Of a DNA stretch of 64,000 nt, positions 1-10,650 are shown in pieces. A model generated the notes under the pieces. It had not been told where the DNA came from, searched no databases, and was given only the letters and a program-made list of their open reading frames with translations. Source of the stretch: Gammaproteobacteria bacterium (GTDB lineage Bacteria; Pseudomonadota; Gammaproteobacteria; Eutrophobiales; Eutrophobiaceae); contig OZ220696.1 in assembly GCA_965116495.1 (NCBI GenBank), positions 96,001 through 160,000 on the forward strand, in the 5' to 3' direction. Position 1 is the stretch's first letter. Each line of letters opens with the position of its first letter. A program made the translations under genes and the position numbers.

Positions 1-175
1 ACGGAAAGTATAACCTGCATTTCCGGAAAAAGGACCAAAACCCTGCACGGCCCGGCGCCGCCGGCAGGTTAATCCCGGTCATGGGACGGATGGAGATTTA
101 TGCATGGAAAGCATGCCTTGTCCCTTGTCGGCAAAACAGTCTTCCAGGGTTGTTCGGGTTAATTGAAAACCCGTA

Positions 176-460
176 TCAGAATGAGTCCTCGTTGGGGATT
201 TCGCTTGATTCCACTGTCTGGAATTCAATGTCATCTATATCGGCATCAAACCGTGATCTGCCGATGGCTTCAATATTTTCATAGGTCACGACTCCTGCCG
301 CAATCTCCCGCAATGCCATTACAGTCGGCTTATCCGATTGGTCCTCGATCAGGGGGTCGGAGCCCATAAGGAGTTGCCGGGTACGTTTGCTTGCCAGCAA
401 AACCAGGTCATAGCGGTTTTCAAGATTTTCCAAACAGTCTTCTACAGTCAGTCTAGCCAT
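176..460 (-). CDS. rpoZ: RNA polymerase omega subunit
   Basis: [10 protein letters not shown]...[16 protein letters not shown]...[14 protein letters not shown] signature; downstream of gmk. Confidence 0.97.
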   Translation of the reverse strand: MARLTVEDCLENLENRYDLVLLASKRTRQLLMGSDPLIEDQSDKPTVMALREIAAGVVTYENIEAIGRSRFDADIDDIEFQTVESSEIPNEDSF

Positions 461-555
461 GTTAATTCCTGCGGTATGAAAGTGCCCTACGGATATTGAT
501 CCCGTTGAAGAAACCTGTCAGGAGGTTGCTGCCAACGCTCGTACAACGCCACAGT

Positions 556-1197
556 TTACCGGATATTGCCGCCTTGATGCAATAATTGCTTAAGCAGGTT
601 CTCAAAATAAGCCTGCTGACGGCCATAATTATGCCGGGCAGAGACCAGGATCGCGGCAAGCTGTTCCAGTGTGTCATCAAAGTTGTCATTGACTACCAGG
701 TAGTCATATTCATGATAATGCTCTATTTCGCTGACAGCATCACGCAGGCGCCGGCGGATATTCCGTTCATCATCGCCCCGTCCCTTCAGGCGTTCTTCCA
801 GCGCCGCAAGCGAAGGCGGCAGGATATAGATATTGATGGCGTCTTTCATGAGCGCCCGCACCTGTTGAGCGCCCTGCCAGTCTATCTCCAGGATGATGTC
901 CTTCCCGTCAGCCAGTTGTTCTTGCACCCAGGCGCGCGAGGTGCCGTAAAGATGATCAAATACGTTAGCGTGCTCCAGGAACCGGTCCTGTTCAAGCAGG
1001 GCCTGAAATTTGTCTTCACTGACAAAGAAATAATCCATCCCGTGCTTCTCATTGGGCCGCGGGGGCCTGGTGGTATGCGAAATGGAAACACATAAATCGG
1101 GAATGGCATCCACCAGCGCCCGCACCAGGGAGGTCTTCCCGGCACCGGAAGGCGCGCAGATAATGAATAGGATGCCTTTGCGTTTGGAGGTGGGCAT
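556..1197 (-). CDS. gmk: Guanylate kinase
   Basis: APSGAGKTSL P-loop, SHTTRPPRPNE, YGTS, LEIDWQGA motifs. Confidence 0.97.
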   Translation of the reverse strand: MPTSKRKGILFIICAPSGAGKTSLVRALVDAIPDLCVSISHTTRPPRPNEKHGMDYFFVSEDKFQALLEQDRFLEHANVFDHLYGTSRAWVQEQLADGKDIILEIDWQGAQQVRALMKDAINIYILPPSLAALEERLKGRGDDERNIRRRLRDAVSEIEHYHEYDYLVVNDNFDDTLEQLAAILVSARHNYGRQQAYFENLLKQLLHQGGNIR

Positions 1198-3788
1198 TAA
1201 TTTCCTGCCATACGATCAGTCAGTTCTTTCCGTGCTGATTTCTGAAGCCTTTTTTCATTGATTTGATTACGAATATCCTCGGCTACCTCAAGTATTTCAG
1301 CGGGTGCTCGCACCGACTCGCCTGCATTTTGGCGCAGGGCGATAACCAGGGGTTCCAACGTAGCTGATTTTGCGCTGTCACTGGACAGAATATTGACCAA
1401 ATCATACTCTGATAGGCCTGATGTAATCAAGTCAGGCACAATGCTGATCATCCCCTGCATCATTGTTTCAACGTCGGGCATGAACGCGGTATAGGCAAGA
1501 TGAAACGCTTCCAATGCGGCCTGTGTCTCCCCCTGTAACTGCAATGCTTCTGTTCGAAGACACATTACTCGCCATCTGAATATGTTTCCTTCTTCGCCGC
1601 TCAAGTATTTCCCAAGCCTTTGTTCGAGTTCTTCACATATTTCCAGGGCCTTATGTACGTTTTTGAGCCGGATTAGGCACTTACTTTTGTCGCTTAATGC
1701 TTGGGCAACCCACATCTGCATATCCCGTGCGCTACTTGTGCCAAAACGTCCGACGAATTCATCACAGGTGGTAATTGCGGCTGTATAATCACCAAGTTTT
1801 GCTAGCGCATTTGCTTCATGAACAAATGCGGCAGCAACCCACCTTTGAATATCAGGCACTTCACTCGCACCAAAACGCTCAACCACCGCGGCGTAGGCAG
1901 AAATTGCAGCTTCTAATTCGCCCAGTTTACTTAGTGCATTTCCTTTCTCGAACAATGCGACGGCAATGTCCTGCTGGATATTTGGAACGTTATCGGCACT
2001 GAATTGCTTAACAACCTGAGCGTAGACTGCGATTGCCGCGTCGAAATTACCGAGATTTTCCAGTGCCCTGCCTTTGTTAATCAAAGCTGAAGCTGCCAAT
2101 CTTTGAATGTCTTGTGCGCTACCGGACTCAAACCGTTCGACTACTCCGTCATAGACTGCTATAGCAGTATCGAAATCATTGATCTTTTCTAGCATCTCGC
2201 CTTTGTCCACCAAAGCTACGGTAACCCACCATTGGATCTCCATTGCGTCACTGGTACCAAAACGCTCTACAACCTCGTCGTAGGCTACGAGCGCTGTTTT
2301 GAAATCATCAAGTTCTCGTAACGCATCACCCTTAAGGCACAAGGCGATGGCAACCGTTAGCTGGATATTTGGATCGTCACTGACTCCAAAACGCTCGACA
2401 ACCTCATCGTAGGCCGAGATAGCTCCCCCGAAATCGTTGAGTTCTTTCCTCTCTCTTCCTTTTACGATTAATGTAAAGGCGACTTGCAACTCCAGGTGGT
2501 TAGAATAAAGACTCTTAATCTGTGGGTGTTCGGTAGCTGCCCTCCTCAAGCCCTCATGAATGACGGCGGATTTTGCCATATCCCGGATCAGACTATGGAA
2601 AATCTCAGTTTGTTCCTTTTCGCTATAAAACGTCACAATAAAGCGGATTAGATTTTGCACAACAGCCGCTTCATCGCGTTCGCGACGCAGTTTGTAATAA
2701 ATGCTGTAAAGACGTTCGACAGCGCTATACAAGCGCTTTTTACCGCTTCCTTCCACGATTACTGCACCCCGATTTATCAATCGACCAAGCATTGTTGATA
2801 CAGTCCGAACGTCCATGCGCGCTCGCTCCGCAATCTCACCGGGTTTGGATGGTTGCCAGAGATCGAGCACAGCAACGTAAACTCGCCGTTCGGTCTTTGC
2901 CAGCACTTCGAGATGACCACGAAAATACTCAGTGTGCTCATCGATAAGCGTAACCAGTTCTTCCATCAGTTGACGCAGGGATCGATGTTGTGTGAAGCCG
3001 GCAATGATCACCAACAGACGGGGATTGCCACCAGTCAGTATTTGAAGCGGTCTGATCTCCCGCCCTCGAACTGAATCGCCGCTGATTACCTGCCATAAAC
3101 AACCACATTCTTCGGTGGTCAGCGGTTCCAGGTCGATGATCCGGAACAACTCGAAGAACGGTTGGCTGGCATCGTCCAGACCTTTGAACCGGTTAGTGGC
3201 GGAAGCAAGCAAAATGACCTGTGGTTCCGACTGCAATATTGCCCGTAATTTCCAGCCAAAATCTTTATCCAGGTTCTCAAGTGATTGCAGGTTCTCGACC
3301 ATGAGGACAAGTTTCTTGCCCAATTGATCTGCGGTATCCAATACGGTCGCGCGGACGCGCTCCTCAAGTGACTGCTCGCGCCACTGTCTGCTGAGGTCCT
3401 CGTAAGTGCTTCGTAATTGGGCGGCGAGGGCGGGGTGTTGTGCGGCAGTCTCCCGCGCAAGGTGGAACAATGTTTCAAGCCAGAAGTCAGCAATATTTGA
3501 AATCTCCTGATTCTCTTCCATGAAACGGACCGGCATCAGATGCTCGGAGAACTCGTTCTTTGTGCGTATTTCGGCCGCTACACGAGCCAGCAGCATGGTT
3601 TTCCCCCGTCCACGAGGCGCGGTGATCAGGGTATGTTGGCAGGATGGTGATCCGATATTGTCCCGCAGCACATCAAGTATGGTATCGCATTCGTGCTTCC
3701 TTACTACGAACTGTTCTACCACTTCTACATCGGACTGGAATGCCCCCGGATTAAATTTACGGATTGGACGCTCTGGGATACTTGCCAT
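1197..3788 (-). CDS. STAND-like P-loop ATPase with winged HTH and ~7 TPR-like 43-aa repeats
   Basis: Walker A APRGRGKT, Walker B-like LVLMVEN, GGNPR motif, wHTH (PGEIAERARMDVRTVSTMLGRL), repeated ALxxKG..AI.AYDEVVERFG units; start placed at ATG 3788, just after the upstream gene stop. Confidence 0.85.
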   Translation of the reverse strand: MASIPERPIRKFNPGAFQSDVEVVEQFVVRKHECDTILDVLRDNIGSPSCQHTLITAPRGRGKTMLLARVAAEIRTKNEFSEHLMPVRFMEENQEISNIADFWLETLFHLARETAAQHPALAAQLRSTYEDLSRQWREQSLEERVRATVLDTADQLGKKLVLMVENLQSLENLDKDFGWKLRAILQSEPQVILLASATNRFKGLDDASQPFFELFRIIDLEPLTTEECGCLWQVISGDSVRGREIRPLQILTGGNPRLLVIIAGFTQHRSLRQLMEELVTLIDEHTEYFRGHLEVLAKTERRVYVAVLDLWQPSKPGEIAERARMDVRTVSTMLGRLINRGAVIVEGSGKKRLYSAVERLYSIYYKLRRERDEAAVVQNLIRFIVTFYSEKEQTEIFHSLIRDMAKSAVIHEGLRRAATEHPQIKSLYSNHLELQVAFTLIVKGRERKELNDFGGAISAYDEVVERFGVSDDPNIQLTVAIALCLKGDALRELDDFKTALVAYDEVVERFGTSDAMEIQWWVTVALVDKGEMLEKINDFDTAIAVYDGVVERFESGSAQDIQRLAASALINKGRALENLGNFDAAIAVYAQVVKQFSADNVPNIQQDIAVALFEKGNALSKLGELEAAISAYAAVVERFGASEVPDIQRWVAAAFVHEANALAKLGDYTAAITTCDEFVGRFGTSSARDMQMWVAQALSDKSKCLIRLKNVHKALEICEELEQRLGKYLSGEEGNIFRWRVMCLRTEALQLQGETQAALEAFHLAYTAFMPDVETMMQGMISIVPDLITSGLSEYDLVNILSSDSAKSATLEPLVIALRQNAGESVRAPAEILEVAEDIRNQINEKRLQKSARKELTDRMAGN

Positions 3789-3802
3789 CGATCTTGCTGC
3801 GT

Positions 3803-5029
3803 TTATTTGTTGTCCGGAACGCGCGTCGGAAGGGGGATATGATGCCCGCGAAAACGCGCCGACCACCAATCCTTCAACAATCTCGATGGGAAGCGATAAC
3901 CATCTCCGGCAGGACTGAGATAGCCATCGTGTACGAGGACTTCGAGAGTATCCATGGTACGTCGGGACACATCATCAACTACATTGGAGTACAACTGTTC
4001 AAGGCATCGTCGCGCATCATGGGTGAACAAATCCTGGGTAGCCGCCTCTGCAAGAATTTCCATCGCTATGGAATAGTTTTCATCTTCGAGTGCTTCTTTC
4101 AAGCGTGTCTCATAATGCACCAGGTCGTTCTGTCCGGGAGGTCCGAGAAGCTCAGTACGATAGACCGTCCCCACATCCTCAACTAAAATTCGGTCTTGCC
4201 CTCGCATCACGGTGAAATCCCGCATACGTGCGAAAAAAGATTGGACGTGATGGGGAATGCCAACGCCTAGAGTTTCGTATACCTCGCCAGCTACCCCGTT
4301 CTCTACGTTCAGTTCGTAATTCTCTGCCAGAAGATTAAAACAGTCGATACTGGTATCTCGATCCCAGGGCGCAAGGCGATAGGGATAAAGATGGTTGATC
4401 CGGTCAGATATACCCAGTCTGCGCACAAGGGGTTCAAGTCCGATACTTCCCGAAATGATCAGGACCGGTGAATTCTCCCCATGAGACTGGAGCGCCTTGC
4501 GCAACCAACTCAAAAATTCATCAACCCGTCCCGCGTCGCCATCATGCTGAACCATCCGTTTAAGGAAAATGGGAAGCTCGTCAATTACCAGAAGTACCGG
4601 CTTATCGTGCATGGAGCAGGCATTCAGTAGTTGCTCCCCGTGACGTCGCCAGCTTCCAGTATCCAGCCCGGCGCGAATCTTCACGCTGAAATCGTAAGCA
4701 TTAATTTCCTCAACGTTGACATTCAACCAGCGTTTCATTCCGTTGGCAAAACGGGACGATATCGGGCGCACCGGATGTACTGCACGGGCAATTTCAGCGA
4801 TTGCGTCTTCAGCACAGGTTGCACCTTCGACGTCGGCAAAAAGAAAAGCCCAGTCCGAGGTTTCAAGGCGACGTCCCAACTCCATAACGACACTGGTCTT
4901 TCCCATGCGCCGTTGTCCTGTGAGTAGTACGTGATTATGGTCTTTCACGTAATTTTCCAGTATTCTCAAATCGGCCTCGCGATCAAAAAAGTCATCTCCG
5001 CAGACCCAGCGACCGGTTGACGATCTCAT
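3803..5029 (-). CDS. AAA+/STAND-like ATPase (archaeal-ATPase type), partner of the TPR ATPase
   Basis: FFDREADL, Walker A GQRRMGKTS, Walker B LLVIDE, ISGSIG, GIPHHVQ; ATG 5029 preceded by AAGGAG RBS. Confidence 0.85.
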   Translation of the reverse strand: MRSSTGRWVCGDDFFDREADLRILENYVKDHNHVLLTGQRRMGKTSVVMELGRRLETSDWAFLFADVEGATCAEDAIAEIARAVHPVRPISSRFANGMKRWLNVNVEEINAYDFSVKIRAGLDTGSWRRHGEQLLNACSMHDKPVLLVIDELPIFLKRMVQHDGDAGRVDEFLSWLRKALQSHGENSPVLIISGSIGLEPLVRRLGISDRINHLYPYRLAPWDRDTSIDCFNLLAENYELNVENGVAGEVYETLGVGIPHHVQSFFARMRDFTVMRGQDRILVEDVGTVYRTELLGPPGQNDLVHYETRLKEALEDENYSIAMEILAEAATQDLFTHDARRCLEQLYSNVVDDVSRRTMDTLEVLVHDGYLSPAGDGYRFPSRLLKDWWSARFRGHHIPLPTRVPDNK

Positions 5030-5047
5030 GATATTTCGCTCCTTATG

Positions 5048-5102
5048 CAACAATTTTGTTGAATTAAGCCATACAACAAAATTGATGTCAACAAAATTGT
5101 TG
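5048..5102. promoter_or_regulatory. Candidate operator: perfect 15-bp inverted repeat plus a third core copy
   Basis: CAACAATTTTGTTGA (5048-5062) / TCAACAAAATTGTTG (5088-5102), plus CAACAAAATTG at 5074-5084, in the AT-rich divergent intergenic region. Confidence 0.6.
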
Positions 5103-5153
5103 AATAAAAAGGAACAGCTCCTAATAGTAGGAAAAGCCAATCCGTTTGACTGA

Positions 5154-6263
<1,110 letters not shown>

Positions 6264-6338
6264 CCTTGAATAGCTTACCCAAAGCTGCCCACAGATTGAC
6301 TGAATTCCGAAAAAGAATGGTTTATCATTGTTGGCAGC

Positions 6339-6689
6339 ATGGGTTTACTGACCACACACGTTCTGGATACGGCGCATGGCTTGCCCGCCGCGGGCATGAC
6401 GGTCGAATTGTTTTCGATTGATGGTGACGCGCGTTCCCTGGTGAAGACCGTAACGACCAATTCGAACGGGCGTTGCGACGAGCCGATGCTTGCTGGAGAA
6501 GCATTCAGGGTGGGCTCCTGGGAACTGGTGTTTCACGTAGCCGACTATTTCACTTCCCGGGGGGTCGAGTTGTCTGACCCGCCGTTTCTCGACCGGGTGA
6601 CTTTGCGTTTCGGCATTGCCGCCGCTGAGCATTACCATGTTCCCCTGCTGGTCTCGCCCTGGAGCTACAGCACGTATCGCGGAAGCTGA
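6339..6689 (+). CDS. uraH: 5-hydroxyisourate hydrolase (transthyretin-like)
   Basis: [12 protein letters not shown]-terminus and [20 protein letters not shown]-terminus. Confidence 0.96.
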   Translation: MGLLTTHVLDTAHGLPAAGMTVELFSIDGDARSLVKTVTTNSNGRCDEPMLAGEAFRVGSWELVFHVADYFTSRGVELSDPPFLDRVTLRFGIAAAEHYHVPLLVSPWSYSTYRGS

Positions 6690-6693
6690 CTTC

Positions 6694-8199
6694 ATGTCCG
6701 CAACAGAGCAAAAAGACGAGGATAACGGGACAATACGTTTCCTGCTGGATAACCGCGTGCATGAAGTTATGAATGCCGCGCCGACAACCACGGTATTGAA
6801 TTACCTGAGGGAGGAATTGCAACGCACAGGTACCAAGGAAGGCTGTGCGGAAGGGGATTGCGGCGCCTGTACCGTCGTCGTTGCCGAAGCGGACGCGGGA
6901 GGGGTACGCTTCCGTTCCATCAATTCCTGTATCCAGTTCCTCCCGACCCTGGACGGCAAGGCGTTATTCACCGTGGAGAGTTTGAAGAAGATCAGCAACG
7001 CTGCGTTACATCCGGTGCAGCAGGCCATGGTGGATTGCCACGGTTCCCAATGCGGTTTCTGTACACCGGGTTTTGTCATGTCGTTGTTTGCCCTGTACAG
7101 GAATAATGCCGGGCCGGAGCGGGCGGAGATCGATGACGCCCTGTCGGGCAACCTGTGCCGGTGTACCGGTTACCGGCCTATCATCGATGCGGCAGCCAGG
7201 ATGTATGACTACGGGGAGGACCTTGTCGACGAAGGGGAACTGGCGCGCCGGCTTGAGGAGATACGCCCGGATATTTCCCTGGAGTTGCCGGCACGCAGTC
7301 ATTCCCGCGCCGAAGCAGCGGACAGGTCCGGTAGTGCCGAACCCGACAGGTACTTTGCCCCGGCAAGCCTGTCCGAACTGGCGGATTTGCTGGTACGCTA
7401 TCCCGGCGCCACGATACTGGCCGGCGGTACCGACGTGGGCCTGTGGGTTACCAAGCAATACCGCGAGCTTCCCGTCATCATCTACATAGGCCGGGTGGGT
7501 GAACTGGATTATGTTGAAGAGACTGAAGACCGCCTGGAAATAGGCGCTGCCGTGAGTCTTACCGATGCGTTTACTGCCCTGGAAAAACACTATCCCGACC
7601 TGTCTGAGATCATGCGCCGGTTTGCCTCGCCTCCGATCCGCAATGCCGGTACCCTGTGCGGCAATATCGCCAACGGTTCGCCTATCGGCGATACGATGCC
7701 GGCGCTGATCAGCCTGGGTGCCGTACTGGTCTTGCGTTGCGGCGACCAGGTACGCGAATTACCCCTGGATGAATTTTACCTGGGTTACCAGGTAAAGGCC
7801 TTGCAGCAATCCGAGTTTGTCCAGGCAGTACGGGTTCCATTGGCGCGGGGAACCGGCCAATATTTCCGTTCCTACAAGATTGCCAAACGTTACGACCAGG
7901 ATATCTCCTCTGTCTGCGGCGCTTATTTCATACAGCTTGAGGCAGACGCCGTTACCGATGCACGCATCTGTTACGGCGGTATGGCGGCGGTCCCGCAACG
8001 GGCGAGACAATGTGAAGCTGCATTACGCGGCCGGCCCTGGAGTGATGCGACAATTGAAACGGCGTTGCAGGCCCTGGCGGAGGATTACCAGCCGTTGACC
8101 GATATGCGCGCGTCGGCCCAATACCGCGCACGCGTAGCCGGCAACCTGTTAAAAAGGTTCTACCTTGATACCACGGGCGAAGAAGTTTCGATATGGTAA
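6694..8199 (+). CDS. xdhA: Xanthine dehydrogenase small subunit (2Fe-2S/FAD)
   Basis: GTKEGCAEGDCGACTV, HGSQCGFCTPGF, GNLCRCTGY, AGGTDVGL, KRYDQDIS; ATG 6694 follows the uraH stop. Confidence 0.95.
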   Translation: MSATEQKDEDNGTIRFLLDNRVHEVMNAAPTTTVLNYLREELQRTGTKEGCAEGDCGACTVVVAEADAGGVRFRSINSCIQFLPTLDGKALFTVESLKKISNAALHPVQQAMVDCHGSQCGFCTPGFVMSLFALYRNNAGPERAEIDDALSGNLCRCTGYRPIIDAAARMYDYGEDLVDEGELARRLEEIRPDISLELPARSHSRAEAADRSGSAEPDRYFAPASLSELADLLVRYPGATILAGGTDVGLWVTKQYRELPVIIYIGRVGELDYVEETEDRLEIGAAVSLTDAFTALEKHYPDLSEIMRRFASPPIRNAGTLCGNIANGSPIGDTMPALISLGAVLVLRCGDQVRELPLDEFYLGYQVKALQQSEFVQAVRVPLARGTGQYFRSYKIAKRYDQDISSVCGAYFIQLEADAVTDARICYGGMAAVPQRARQCEAALRGRPWSDATIETALQALAEDYQPLTDMRASAQYRARVAGNLLKRFYLDTTGEEVSIW

Positions 8200-8218
8200 T
8201 GAGTGAGCGGATGCCAAC

Positions 8219-10624
8219 ATGACTGACAACAGGACTGTTTTCGCTGCAGGCGCCGCCTTGCCCCATGAAAGTGCGCACCTGCATGTGAGCGGGGAAGCCG
8301 ATTACGTAGATGATCAGCCTGAGCCGCGCGGCCTGCTGTACGCCGCCATCGGTTACAGCGCGAGGGCCCATGCCCGGATCAGGCATATGGATTTCTCTGC
8401 CGTGCACGCCGCTCCCGGCGTAGTGGAGGTCGTCAGCGCGGAAGATATCCCCGGCGCCAACAATCACGGTCCCATACTGGCCGATGATCCCGTTTTTGCC
8501 GACGGTCTGGTCGAATACGTGGGACAATCCGTTTTTGCCGTGCTGGCCGATTCGGTGCTCAATGCCCGCAAGGCCGCGCGCCGGGCCAGGATCGAGTATG
8601 AAGATCTGCCGGCCATCCTGGATATGGACAGCGCCATGGCGCAGCAATCCTTCGTGCTCCCACCCCAGACCATTGTCCGCGGTCAACCGGAACAGGCGAT
8701 TGCCGGGGCAACCCATCAATTACAGGGCCGGTTGCGGGTCGGCGGGCAGGACCATTTTTACCTGGAAGGGCAGGTCGCCGCGGCATTTCCGCAGGAAGAC
8801 GGCGCCATGCTGGTCCATGTTTCAACCCAGCATCCGACCGAGGTGCAACACCTGGTTGCCCATGCATTGCAGGTTTCTTCGAAGGACGTGGTGGTCGAAT
8901 GCCGGCGCATGGGCGGTGGTTTCGGCGGCAAGGAAACCACGCCGGCCCTGTTTGCCGTCATTGCCGCCGTGTCCGCGCACAAGACCGGCCGGCCGGTAAA
9001 ACTGCGGGTGGACCGTGATGACGACATGACCATTACCGGCAAACGGCACGGTTTCCGTATCGACTACCGGGTCGGCTTCGATGCGCGCGGACTGATCGAG
9101 GGCATCGACCTGGAACTGGCCTCCGACTGCGGGCGTTCGGCTGACCTGTCAGGCCCCATTAACGTGCGCGCCATGTTCCATAGTGATAACAGTTATTTCC
9201 TCGACCATGTGCGGATTGTCTCCCATCGCTGCAAGACCCATAAGGCGTCAAACGTAGCCTTCCGGGGTTTCGGCGGCCCCCAGGGGATGATGGGTATCGA
9301 GAACGTCATCGACGAGATTGCCCGGTTTCTTGATAAGGACCCCCTGGACGTACGTAAAATCAACTTCTACGGCAAGGAGAACCGGAACGTGACGCCGTAC
9401 GGCATGACGCTGGAAGACAATATCATCCATGAACTGGTAGACCAGCTTGAAAAACAATCCGCCTACCGGGAAAGGCGCCGGCAGGTGGAGGCATTCAACG
9501 CCGGTGCTGGCGTACTCAAACGGGGTATCGCCCTCACCCCGGTCAAGTTCGGGATTTCATTCACCGCTGCGTTCTACAACCAGGCCGGCGCCTTGCTGCA
9601 CGTTTATCGCGACGGCAGCATCATGCTGAACCATGGGGGTACCGAGATGGGGCAGGGGCTTTATACCAAGGTCGCCCAGGTGATCGCCGAGGAGTTCCAG
9701 GTGGACCGGGACAGGATAAAATGCACCGCCGCCAATACCGGGAAAGTGCCGAACACCTCCGCAACCGCGGCTTCGTCCGGCAGTGATCTGAACGGCATGG
9801 CGGCCCGGGCGGCTGCCGTTGCGATCAGGACGCGCCTGGCCGGGTTTGCCGCGCAAAAATATGGAGTGCCGGTGGAACAGGTCCGCTTCACGCCGGCCGG
9901 CGTGCGGGCCGGCACGGAGCTGATCGATTTTGCCGAATTGACCAACCAGGCTTACCTGGCGCGAATATCACTGTCTTCCACCGGTTACTACCGCACTCCC
10001 AAAATCAAATATGACCCGGATACCCTCACCGGCCGGCCGTTTTTCTATTTTGCCTACGGCGCAGCCGTGACCGAGGTGCTGCTGGATACTCTGACCGGCG
10101 AATATAAAATACTGCGCGTGGATATCCTGCACGATGCCGGGGAGTCGCTAAACCCGGCCGTCGACATGGGGCAGGTGGAGGGCGGATTCCTGCAGGGGGC
10201 CGGTTGGTTGACCAGCGAGGAGTTGTGGTGGGACTCAGCCGGCAAACTCATGACCCATGCCCCGTCCACCTACAAGATCCCGACTGGCAGTGACTGGCCG
10301 CCGGAATACAACGTGGAACTGATCGACTGGGGCAGGAACAGGGAAGAGACGATATACCGCTCCAAAGCGGTGGGCGAACCGCCTCTTATGCTCGCCATAT
10401 CGGTTTTTCACGCTTTGAAAGACGCCATAGCCGCGCGGCAGGGTGGCCGGGCCAGACCTGTATTACATGCGCCTGCCACACCGGAGCAGGTATTGAACAG
10501 TATTGAAGAACTGCAGCAGCGCCAAAAGGAGTCGTGCCAGAAGGGGACACGCCAAGAGGGGACAGAATTTAATTCTGTCCCCAGTGACCCCCCCGGTGAC
10601 TCCACCAGTGGCCGCCTCCAGTGA
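8219..10624 (+). CDS. xdhB: Xanthine dehydrogenase molybdopterin-binding subunit
   Basis: GGQDHFYLEGQ, RRMGGGFGGKE, AFRGFGGPQG, GTEMGQGL, SKAVGEPP. Confidence 0.96.
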   Translation: MTDNRTVFAAGAALPHESAHLHVSGEADYVDDQPEPRGLLYAAIGYSARAHARIRHMDFSAVHAAPGVVEVVSAEDIPGANNHGPILADDPVFADGLVEYVGQSVFAVLADSVLNARKAARRARIEYEDLPAILDMDSAMAQQSFVLPPQTIVRGQPEQAIAGATHQLQGRLRVGGQDHFYLEGQVAAAFPQEDGAMLVHVSTQHPTEVQHLVAHALQVSSKDVVVECRRMGGGFGGKETTPALFAVIAAVSAHKTGRPVKLRVDRDDDMTITGKRHGFRIDYRVGFDARGLIEGIDLELASDCGRSADLSGPINVRAMFHSDNSYFLDHVRIVSHRCKTHKASNVAFRGFGGPQGMMGIENVIDEIARFLDKDPLDVRKINFYGKENRNVTPYGMTLEDNIIHELVDQLEKQSAYRERRRQVEAFNAGAGVLKRGIALTPVKFGISFTAAFYNQAGALLHVYRDGSIMLNHGGTEMGQGLYTKVAQVIAEEFQVDRDRIKCTAANTGKVPNTSATAASSGSDLNGMAARAAAVAIRTRLAGFAAQKYGVPVEQVRFTPAGVRAGTELIDFAELTNQAYLARISLSSTGYYRTPKIKYDPDTLTGRPFFYFAYGAAVTEVLLDTLTGEYKILRVDILHDAGESLNPAVDMGQVEGGFLQGAGWLTSEELWWDSAGKLMTHAPSTYKIPTGSDWPPEYNVELIDWGRNREETIYRSKAVGEPPLMLAISVFHALKDAIAARQGGRARPVLHAPATPEQVLNSIEELQQRQKESCQKGTRQEGTEFNSVPSDPPGDSTSGRLQ
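10558..10582. repeat. Perfect palindrome GGGGACAGAATT-T-AATTCTGTCCCC (REP-like family B) inside the xdhB 3' extension
   Basis: 12-bp arms; related copies at 34828-34854 and 32345-32367. Confidence 0.8.
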
Positions 10625-10650
10625 GATGGTGGCTTAAACCAACAACGGGT

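Noticed and set aside
1620-2480. TPR repeats as a DGR target or recent tandem duplication
   Set aside because: Repeats are well diverged at all base types; no reverse transcriptase or near-identical template repeat in the window
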